Source of the DNA: Owenia fusiformis
Taxonomy: Eukaryota
Length of the DNA stretch: 64,000 bases
Assembly (NCBI GenBank): GCA_903813345.2
Contig: CAIIXF020000001.1
Span: forward strand, 43,152,001 to 43,216,000
Direction: 5' to 3'
The position numbers and the translations under genes were made by a program. Shown here piece by piece: positions 25,039 to 64,000 of this stretch (positions are counted from its first letter, which is position 1; each line of letters begins with the position of its first letter). The notes under the pieces were generated by a model. The model had not been told where the DNA came from, made no database searches, and saw only the letters and a program-made list of their open reading frames with translations.

Positions 25039-25308
25039 CTCTAAGTACTGTACTGTACGGAAGTGTACTGTTTTGTTGTGATCGATGAACAGAGCTGGGT
25101 ACTGCTATTTGAGATGTACTTTGTAATAAAAGAGCAATTTAGGCTAATAGTGAACTTGTCACAATTGATCAATAGGACAAAGTTTATATAGTACCACTCA
25201 ATGAAAGGCTTACTATTATGTGCAATCATTTAAATACAGTCACAGGAATGTATGAAATACTTCTGGTAAAGAATGCTCATTTTCCTTCCATGTCACAATT
25301 TAAAACTA

Positions 25309-25437
25309 AACAAGGCATTAAGATGCAAAATGTCACCACCTGCCATTTGTTACTGATGCAGAATGCTGACCACCATTCACAAAAATTTTGGAGACTGTAA
25401 CAATATGTCACCACTTGTGGTGTTGACATAAAAAAAA
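25309..25437 (-). mobile_element. Minimal family-B HINE (no satellite array)
   Basis: Minus strand: TTTTATGTCAACACCACAAGTGGTGACATATTG...GGTGGTGACATTTTGCATCTTAATGCCTTGT. Confidence 0.75.
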
Positions 25438-25457
25438 TGTGTACTGTATGTCAATAC

Positions 25458-25865
25458 CACGCGGTACAAACTTCGACCGTTAATTTGAATTTTTGACCTA
25501 CCGGATGTTTGAAAATCAAGGATTACGAGTCTCGTACTGCACCGTTTTTCTTCAAACTTGTTCCATTCAAAGCATAACAAAAATCCCTTTCTGTTGGTAC
25601 ATTATTCTCTTAAACAGAGTCCCTACTTCCAGCGGCATTTTGGTCCCCAGCTGTAAGAAGGCCTTCTAACAGCTGGGGACCAAAACGCTGCTAAAACGAG
25701 GGACTCTTTACAATAAAGTAATGCACCGACAGAAAGGCAATTTTGTTTTGCTTTTAATGTTATACGTTTAAAGAAAAACGGTGTAGTATGAGACTCGCAA
25801 TCCTTGATTTCCGAGCATCTGGTAGGTCAAAAATTCAAATTAACGGTCGAAGTTTGTACCGCGTG
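25458..25865. mobile_element. 408-bp fully palindromic non-autonomous DNA transposon, Transib-like termini
   Basis: CACGCGGTACAAACTTCGACCGTTAATTTGAATTTTTGACCTACC pairs perfectly with the right end; imperfect pairing continues to the centre (GAAGGCCTTC, about 25661); 5-bp TSD AATAC (25453-25457, 25866-25870). Confidence 0.85.
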
Positions 25866-27046
25866 AATACATATTTCATGAAAATTGCATAAATAAATTG
25901 AAATATTAATTGATATTTTTGATACAAAGGATTAGACCATGCAGAATTTTGTTGAGCATTGGGTATTCACTTTTCAGGCATTAAGGCTAATTTGTGGTAA
26001 ATGTACAGTACTTTCAACATCATCAAAATTGAAAGGCCACATTTTGATAAATAGAAAGCTTTGATGAATGTACTATTTACTTTTACAATAAACAATAATA
26101 CAAACTTTGTGAATGTCTCTTGCCTAAAAACAACCTTTTTTGTTTTGGACCTGCAGTTACACTTTTCTCTCATAAAGGACATTCAGTTTTCACAGGTTTT
26201 ACGACATTAACTGGATCTGTACTTTGGGTTTGTTTTATAGGAATTTTACATGAGTATATCATATTTTACAAATTGATAATTGAAACATCTCTATATAACC
26301 TTGTCTCTGTTCCAGACAGATTTAACCTGTACATTTAAATACAACATGGAACATAAAAGGTGCAGCCTCACACTCAATTCTGCTGAGAATCTCATCCCGA
26401 AAAATATATTCTTTCATTGATAGTTTTTTACAGTCAACAAAATGAATAACATAGAGTAAATATACAGTAAATCTTTTGAAACTAACCATCAACGTTTTGA
26501 AACTAACAAGGTTTATCTGATAGTGTACAATGCATAATTGATGGACAATGCTTTTTATGTTGTCCGACACCAGGGTTATATGTTGTTAACATGTGCTGTA
26601 AATGTACGTGCAATTTTTTAAAATATTTTTATCCTTTACCTAAACTCATGTTGGTCTTTGTAGTGTCCTATTATGCAAATGAGTTTTCATTCATTCTCAC
26701 AAATTCTGACTCCAAAATTTTAAAATCCAAAGTGTATGATGATACATGTGCTGTCTTGTTATTTATTTACATGCCTCAGCCCTGAAGCCAATAAATATAT
26801 TCAATATCTACTTATCTTGACAATGTACATACAATAGATGCCTGGTATTTGAAACAAATGAAAAAATACTGCAAAATAATATCTTAGGTCCTTCGGTACT
26901 CATTCTAATGTTAAAATACAACATGTATATTTTCTGTTATCCTAAGATCAGATAATATAATTCAGCCAGTTTATCTTTAAATACTTGTAAATGTTTACAT
27001 ATTTGGACTAATTTTAACTTTTTTATTAGTTCTGCATCAGCAATCA

Positions 27047-30000
27047 TCAATCACCTTTTTTACTTTTAGGTTTATTAGACGTAGATTCCAAACTTTCCCA
27101 GGCATCATCTTCTTCTGCCCATTTTTCATTGTCCCAACCATTATTGCCACCAGTACCCGCAGACTCTCCATCAAAATCAATAAGATTAGCAGTGTCTGGT
27201 TCTTGCTTAGCGCTAGTTGCCTTAGGCTTAGATTTAGTTTTAGTTTTCGCTGGTTTGTCCATTGCACCCCAGTTTTCCGTATCCCATTCATCACCAGATT
27301 TCTTCTCGGAAGGTTTTGATTGGCTCCCTTCCTGATTACTCCAGCTCCCCCAACTATCTCCGCTGTTCTGTGTGTCGGATTTACTAAGGGAGTTTGTGGG
27401 GGTCTCATCCCCAGGGCTTCCCCAGTCCTCTCCCTCGCCCCAGCCGGCCCATGAGTCATCACTGTAATCTCTTTTGAGAAGTGGCTTACTGGGTTCGCCA
27501 AACGTGCCACTGAAAAATAGCAATATGCATGAATTTAGAATGTTTCCATCCCAAATCAACACAGGAGGTGTATTATTAAATATTTTTTATTTGCTCTAAT
27601 TTCTGTGTTTTATCTGAAAAATGAACTACATGTTGTATTTTGAAGGAAATGTGAGAGAAAAATAATACAGCTGAATATATGCTAACAACATGTACAAAAG
27701 CAGTGCTGACACCTTTTCTTCTCTCATGCTGGTCAATTAAATCACACATACACATTACATATATGTACCGTATTATGTACTTCTCATATTAAATTACCTT
27801 TTTACCAAGAATGACAAACATTATACAGTATACTATATTTAGTAATTGAAATTCTGTTTTCAGTTTTTGATAATTGAAATACTTCATCATGGTATCTCCA
27901 ATTAGGAGATTCAACTATAGCTACAAAGGCAAAAAATTGACAAGAGAGGTATATACCTAGGGGTCCTGTTGTTCACAAGGGTAGCTCCCTCCCTGTCAGC
28001 AGGCTGGTCAGTAAATGTGGACTGTAAGCTGCTCCAACCTTTCACACTTGCTGATGAGATCTAGAAGCATTGCAAGGCATTAATAGAGAGGTTAAGTTAG
28101 CACTGTTTTGAAGTATGAAAAACATGTAAAATTATGGATACTTTCATCTCACGTCACAATAACTGTAGTTGTTATCAAGTCCCCATTTTAACCAATATGA
28201 GAGGAGGAGAATGATTCTTTGGGGCCATAATACTACACATTTATTTAAGTTCTCGCCAATTTCTATTGATTACAATAGCTTTCCAATATGAGCTAAAAAA
28301 AATTGTTTATTAATAACAATACAAATGGCACCTTTTGGTGGGCTTGCATGATGATTCATTGTGCTAATTCCAATTTGAGATACATAAAGGATTGAAAGTA
28401 TACTTTTTGAAACCTTAAATGGACTTCATCATTTTTCATCATATTTTGGTGATCATTTTTCTAAATAAGTCAAATTGCAAGATAAGGAAGAAAGATTTAT
28501 GAATATATCAGTTAAATAAATATATTGGCAGTGAAAAAAATATTCAATGCTTCAAGTAAAATAGAGAAATAATCTTGTATGTTCTTATTCAATGGTATCC
28601 AACATATCTTGAGTCATGAGTGATTTCTCCAAAGCAAATTGTTTTAGACATCAAAGCATGTGAAACAGTGATATCCGAGTGTAATACTGATTCGGTATCA
28701 CATTAGCACGGAAATATATAGCATATTTACACCATATGAATCAATATATTAGATCACTAGATTAGATTTCATTGCTATTGAATTATTCCCAATATTGATT
28801 TTGTTGCGATAAAAAGGCCTGAAGGAAGTTAACCTACCTTTGAGCCCCAAGTGCTTAAAGAAGATCCAACATCACTGGCCAATGACCCATCTTTTACCTA
28901 CGCAAATGAACCAAACAAAACATAAATGTGATTGAACTAAAGGTTGGTGCTAACAACACTGACATGCAACATGGGGTTGTACAATCAATACTAACATTTC
29001 AGCATAAATGGACAGTTCTCTTTGACAAAATCCACATTATTATTTATTTTGATACAAATGGTAACATTTTCAAATCTAAAACAGTAAAAGAGTGGGACAC
29101 TTGTGGTTCCTCTTAATGTAATTGGTAAAAGGACTTCAGCCTTAAAGGAGGTGTTCCATTTATGGAGGTGTTCCACTTATCGAGGTGTTCTACTTTACGG
29201 ATTTAACTTTACAGTAGAGTGAAAAAACATCAGAAGAGGATTGCCCTTATCTAAACAGTAATTTATACATGGTTTTAAAATAACTAAAAGTTTCAACAGA
29301 ACTGTTCTCAAATCAATACAAACTGTTAATGTTGTTTTAACTAAAATATCAGAATTAAAACAAAACATCTACGTGGTATGAACAGTATAATGCTTGCTTA
29401 TAGCTACAATTATTTGTAACCACATTTATAATACTCACCTTTGTTCCAAAGTTGGTCAAAGAATTCGACACATTGTCAAAAACCTTGCCGTCTTTAACCT
29501 GAAGAGTGCAAAAGGCATGCATACATGTAGCTATTGTGCTTTCTATAAACACCTAATACAGTAAAACCTGTATAAAGTGTTGGTCCACATTCTAGTCTAA
29601 GCAACATCCAAAAATGTAACTAGAATGTGTTATAACACTTTGAGCTGTTCGTTTCATACATATTTTCACAAATACAGGTTTTATTGTATGTCACACCATC
29701 TGCTCACTGGCAACATATTGAAACAGCAAATTTGTAAATAAATTAAATTGAAATACAGTGTACCTTTATTATTATGATGATCATTGATTGTTGCCTTGGA
29801 GAGCTTAATCTAGTTGATGTATATTTGTGTAAGTTTCTAGTAATGTAGGAATAATGAAGTTGAAAAGAATCTAAGAAATTAAAGTGATGATATTTAACAT
29901 AACAGATTTGCCATTTCATTACATTACTAAAAATCATTGAGCATAAATTTGTACTTTTGGATGATGTGAGAAGTGATTTTGAAATATTATACAGAGGGTG

Positions 30001-32084
30001 GGTCTATAAGGCTTCAGTATATCATATAAGAAGCCAAAAAGAAATATAATGCACATTGTGGTTTGTAGGTACTGAGTACACTTTTGATCAATTTTGATCC
30101 ATAAAAATGTGTACTAGGTGCCCTCTCCAAATCCAAATAGACACTCTCTCTTTAATAAAACAGTAAAATAAATATATCGTAACTTAAAAAATTCATAATT
30201 ATGGAACAAATGCTTCTCAGTTGATAATTTGTCTTGTGACAATACAAATATTTATTATATTTTGCCAATGCAATTTTAATTCATTTTTAATTTATTCATC
30301 CTTGACTAGATGTGAGTTAAATATTTTAAATGGTTTAAGTACCAATCTCAAACAGGTTAGATGGAATTAATTAATTATGTTCCATAGATATGAATCACAA
30401 AATCAAGGAAAATATAAAAGAATGACTTCAATAAGTTTCATTTCACTGGTGTCTTTATATTATTGATTTTTTCATCATAAATTTTCAACAAAAACCTGTA
30501 CTTAACCTCACTTTCTGTACATACAGTATTCACTATTCAACTCCCTGCCATAGTTTCGAAATTTGGAAATAGTTTAGGTTTTTGATAAATATGGACAATG
30601 TGACATCCTGGAATGAATCTTGAGTGATGTGTGATGTACAAAATAATATAAGCAAAAAAGAAAGGAGTATATACATGTAAAACGACAACATGCGATCTAA
30701 TCTAAATTCTCAAAGCTCAAAGCACAGGTCTCATATCACTGCCAATATCTCATATCACTGCCAACTCAAGATTATTGTATATAACTATGCGAATCTTTTT
30801 CTTTAACTTTATTGAAGCGTTTGCAAGACAAGTATGCATTTTGGCTATTATATTGTAATTAGCCATTATTTACTAAACCCATGTGGAAAAAGTTGGCATT
30901 CCCCTTTAAAAAATCTTTCTAGTAATGGGGCTAAGGTTATACGAGTATATTAGTGTCATAAGAGTCCTGTGCTTAGAGAAAGGTCTGATATGGTTCACAA
31001 ATTTTAAAAACAAGAGGTTCAGGAATAAAATTATAATCCCCTTTCCTACCTTTTCATTCATGGAATGACTGATTTCTTTAGTTTTCTGTGCTGTAGTAGC
31101 TGCCAATTTGGTAGCCTGAAATGTTGGTGTCATATATCACATTTCAAAAATTAGAATTAAAACTTAACAGCACAAAAATCCTTTTGTGCAGTATTTCAAT
31201 ATTTGACCTTAGTTTTATAAAAATTATTTGACCTCTTAACACATTTATAACATTTGGTCATTTTTTACATGAAATGAAACAAGTAGCATTTACCTTTTCA
31301 GTCGCTACAGATGCAAATTTTGATGCCCCTACAGAGAAAGAAGCCCATCCCTGAAATTAAGTAATACAATGTACATTTTACTAACTCTAAATCATGTATA
31401 ACAGTAATGCTAATTTTCCAACATTTGTCAGGAATTAATATTTACCAATTGTATGTTGAAAATATGGGATATCTATCCACTGCCTAGCTATCAGTAATTG
31501 AGAAGTCTGTTGACAGCCAAAATTGGTTACGACTAACAAACTGAACCCTATATATATGGCAATGGAAATCTGAGAGCTCTACTATAATACATCGAACTTT
31601 CCCCTTTACTATGGTGCCTTGCTCTATGAGATAACCAAATGTTGTTTCTTACACTAGAGAGCGAAGAAAGTGTCCCCTCAAGCAGATCATTGTTTTGTTT
31701 CTGGGGAGCAGGAGAGCTGCCAAATCCTACATATTTCCCACCTTCACTTGGAGCTACGCCCCTGAAATACACTTGTTTCTATGTAACATGATAAATACCA
31801 ACACAATAGGGTCCAAAATTAAAGCTAACTACAATATCTAAAGTCTAAAGCTGTAATACAATGAACAATATGTAATGTTGATATATTTTCCATTATTTAA
31901 TCATTCAAAAATCAACCAGGCACATCCTCAATAGGTTCTAAAGGGACTATTTATTTCATTAGAGATCATCTCATCAGATAAGACAAACTGTTATATTAAA
32001 TTTGGAAATAAGGAAAATAAGATATAAACATGCAGAATGTCACCACCTGCCAACCACAGAATGCCAAACACTGCCCACCACCCA

Positions 32085-32119
<35 letters not shown>

Positions 32120-34228
32120 GGAGACTATAAAGATATGTAGTGGTGACATTGATATTGAATAAAATGTTAATATATTGAAGAAAATTTTAGAAAACTCCAA
32201 TATCAACTTCATACAAAATATAGCAAGAAGTCTTACTCTGGTCTGGAGGCATTTTCTGCTTGTCTACGTGAGAAGAAATCATCTTTCTGTCTGGATATAT
32301 TTTCCCTGAAAATGAAAATTATAGTACCAGTTTGGTAAAGGGAAAACACATATAAACTCTTTTTATATTGTGTAGAGTCTATAATAGATTTAAAATACTC
32401 AAGAAAATAAGAATACGGGTGACTTTTAAAAGACACACAGTAGGCTGGTTTTGCTAGAATAAGCTAAGTATGTTCTTGAAAGTCAATGGAATAAATCTGA
32501 AGGATGCAGGTTCATATCCCACTAAACTGAGTGACTTTCACTTGCGTCCTAGCAAAGGAGGTAAATTTTAATTTATAGCTGAGTCTACAGTCTAAATGGT
32601 GTATTAACAGCTTGCTTTTAGCAGAAACAAATTAAGTGACCCGTATATGTGAATGAAAACGTTTTCAATTTTTGCCTTTTTAGCCATCTTCTTGCAGGAA
32701 ATGAGCAAAAGGATTGATTTTTAAAACTGAATCCTATGTACCTCGACATGCCAAATGCTTCCTCCATCGTTGTATCATTGCCAGCATATGTGTTGCTCTT
32801 GTGAATATCATTCGAACCGAAGCTCTTTTGAGTTGCCAGCCTGGCACTGGCCACATGAGGGACATGATTGCGAGCTTTTGATGTTGATATGGACCATGGC
32901 TTCCCTTCAGCCTCTGTTGCAACCTAGACAAATTAATGCACTAATCTTGTAGACATTCAACAGAAAGTAAAATCAATTATTTCTTAAAACATAATATTCA
33001 GTTTTACAAAATTGGCTTCATTAAATATGACCAACTCTATCTAGAGAAAGTTTCTTTCAAAATCATAAAATTGCGACAAAAAATTATAAATTAGAACACC
33101 CCAGAAAAAATTGAAAAACTAAGGCATCCTCCACATGAATGTTGGTTACCTTATCCCTATATAAGGCTGCAGCTTTACTGTTATACTTCTCCTGAATTGT
33201 CATACTATCACTGTAATCTGATTGGCTTTCCAGGAACACTCGGAAATCTCTATTGCCACCCTTTTTCATTTTCTCTAATTCTGTATCTTTCCACTTGTCC
33301 ATAGTAACAGATCTCACAAAGCTGAAACACAAATCAACGAAGCATGACTTGAAGTATGCAATATTTTAATTCCGTTAAATGCTCCTGTGTAGTGCTATAG
33401 CTAGATTAACAAAACTAACCCATAAGTGGAGTAAGTCATTGGGGGCATAGCCAGGATCTAAGAGTAGGGGAAGCAAATTGAAATTGCTTAGGCAAATTTC
33501 TATATACTACTTTTTATTACACTTAAACAATTTTCTTCTTTACACAACTTTATTTTGAAAACACAGAACATTTCGGATCACATCTGGATCCTTTATAAAC
33601 TGTAATAAAACTGAACTGAAGCGCTACAAGACAATTAAATAAGGATCAATTGTTAATTAATTGAATCTGAGGTGATTTATAGTGATTATATTGGTGCATC
33701 GAGCAATTGCGGGATCCCAAGTAGCTAATGGACTATGAGTCACAATATAATGTCTTAGAACTGACCTGAGATGGACACCAAGTCCTCTGTGTTTGCCCGA
33801 GCACTCAAGGCAAATCCAGATACCATAATTTACACTGACCCATTGTGGATTGTGAGCCCCACATTCAAAGCAGGTCTGAAATAAAAATGTTAATAAATCA
33901 ACTGCAACAACAACAGGTAACATTACAGCTGCAATATGTTTTCTCTGAAATAGAAACTATACAAAAGTTATTACATAGTCTGGAGCCTGTAGGAATGTGA
34001 GTCTATAAAACCAAAATATTAACCAGCTGGATACAACTGACCAACTTTCAATTTTCTAAGTTTGATAAATACTCTCAATTACACTATGGTATAATGAATA
34101 TGACCGTTATCAACTGTTAAAAAAATGTATGTGGAATTTTTAGGCTAAGTTATGAAGTTGATACTTACATTGTTTTCATTGCTGGATTTCAGATCCTTCA
34201 ATACACGCCTGGTACGTGGACTGGCCAT
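27047..34228 (-). CDS. ARFGAP1: ADP-ribosylation factor GTPase-activating protein 1 (483 aa with one of the duplicated exons, 503 aa with both)
   Basis: Phase-consistent exons (high-low): 34228-34169, 33875-33766, 33321-33150, 32923-32742, 32305-32237, 31761-31653, 31350-31294, 31115-31050, 29498-29439, 28897-28838, 28060-27957, 27509-27047. N-terminus [13 protein letters not shown]; ArfGAP zinc finger CFEC...[43 protein letters not shown]1-like [20 protein letters not shown]; Trp/acidic tail. Confidence 0.95.
29559..29687. mobile_element. Short Tc1/pogo-type MITE remnant
   Basis: TA-CAGTAAAACCTGTA ... TACAGGTTTTATTG-TA; same TIR type as 53109-53559. Confidence 0.55.
32016..32150 (-). mobile_element. 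Minimal, decayed family-B HINE with expanded poly-T
   Basis: Minus strand: ATGTCACCAC...AGTCTCCAAC(T)n...GGTGGTGACATTCTGCATGTT. Confidence 0.65.
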
Positions 34229-34632
34229 TTGGCCTGTTCAAGAGTGAGGTAACTCCCTGAATTGGTAAATATATGAGATATCAAATTGAAGTTCGAGTGT
34301 AGCTGAAATTTTCTCGGATGCCGATAAGTGTTTAAGTACCCCTATAACTCCAGATTTTATTCAAAACTGCGACAATAAAAAAATTAAAAATTGGTGAGTT
34401 GTCATCCGGCCATGAGGAACATTGTAGGTCCTAATTAGGTTTAGGAAAAATTTAAAATTGTATGCTATTTTGTCTCAATTATTTTTTTATTTAACAATTT
34501 AAGAATAATTGATCCATGAAATTTTAAGGAAACATATAAATAAGACAAGAAATTGAATATTTTATAACATCAAAAGCAAATATGATTCTTGTCGCAAATT
34601 TCACATCCGTATGATTACTTCCGGTTTTAAGC
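34229..34632. promoter_or_regulatory. Divergent ArfGAP1/KRI1 inter-ATG region with ETS/GABP-type motif
   Basis: Only 404 bp between the two start codons; ACTTCCGG at 34617-34624 just before the KRI1 ATG. Confidence 0.5.
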
Positions 34633-63365
<28,733 letters not shown>

Positions 63366-64000
63366 GTAAGATTTACATTTGTCCTTAGGCAGAACTCAGT
63401 GAATTTTTTAGATTTTGTTAAATGCTTTTTAGGTTGGTTTCTTTTCCTGGAATCTTAACTTAACATAACTTTATATTGATTGTTTATTAAAGGGGCAACA
63501 AGGACTGTAGAGAAAATAGGAAAGTTTTTTCATTTTTTCTGAGCTATCAAGGCAACATTTGGTTTAACCCTATCAATGCTACAAAAAAAGGCAAATATTT
63601 CATTTTGCTGCTAACTCAAGAATGAAGAGCTTTTGCCTCAGTGCTAGACTTTTCATGGTAAAATAGAGAAAATTAGGCCTCGGTATATCTGACTTCATAA
63701 CTTAGTCATTATTTCCGATGGAACCATGTATGATACATCGTTGGAAAGCTAAAATGATTATCTTGATGAATAAATTATTCAAATATGCAAATTAGATATG
63801 ACGTCATCAATATGGCCGCCATTTTACTTATTAGAAAAATAACGCTGTAAAATACAATTCATAGGTAATCATGAATTAATCCATTTGCCCCTACATCACA
63901 TCCAATCAAATATAAATTATAAAATAGGACAAAAAACTAGACAAAAATATAATTGCCCATGAATTTGTCATTTGCAGATGATATCTGGAACAATACATAG

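Noticed and set aside
27037..27510. 157-aa alternative-frame ORF overlapping the last ArfGAP1 exon
   Set aside because: Shadow frame of a low-complexity coding exon, with a non-ATG start at the splice acceptor.
29568..29591. Possible ArfGAP1 micro-exon ([36 protein letters not shown])
   Set aside because: Lies within the inverted repeat of a MITE remnant, with a weak donor (GTTTTA) and no polypyrimidine tract.
32440..32560. B-box-like GGTTCATATCC (and A-box-like GATGGCCGAGTG at about 54486)
   Set aside because: Only isolated partial boxes; too decayed to call a SINE or tRNA.
63564..64000. TTAACCCT start and ATGGCCGCCATTTT motif suggesting a piggyBac-like element (similar TTAACCCT at about 57304)
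   Set aside because: No matching second TIR found within the window.

Overview
AT-rich, intron-containing animal genomic DNA. It is probably a lophotrochozoan, most likely a mollusc, judged from the repeat landscape only. The supplied ORF track is mostly noise, so gene models were built by hand from GT-AG boundaries and reading-frame phase. Four protein-coding genes are supported: (1) the last 23 coding exons of SZT2 (KICSTOR scaffold; +, 163-20618); (2) a complete ArfGAP1 (-, 34228-27047) convergent with SZT2, carrying two tandem paralogous 60-nt exons in its ALPS2 region; (3) the 5' part of KRI1 (+, from 34633 past the window end), head-to-head with ArfGAP1; (4) an intronless sarcoplasmic Ca-binding-protein-like EF-hand gene (-, 47512-46937) nested in the 20-kb KRI1 intron. 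Non-coding DNA is full of non-autonomous mobile elements. These include nine Helentron/HINE-like elements (several with internal 135-162-bp satellite arrays, all oriented sense to the host or nearest gene), and a miniature LTR retrotransposon (TRIM) whose LTRs contain a tRNA-like Pol III cassette, with a tRNA-Leu PBS, a PPT and a hAT element nested in one LTR. There is also a 408-bp CAC...GTG foldback element with a 5-bp TSD, Kolobok-, piggyBac- and Tc1/mariner-type MITEs, and several minisatellites. Family assignments rest on recalled sequences and hallmarks, not on database searches.
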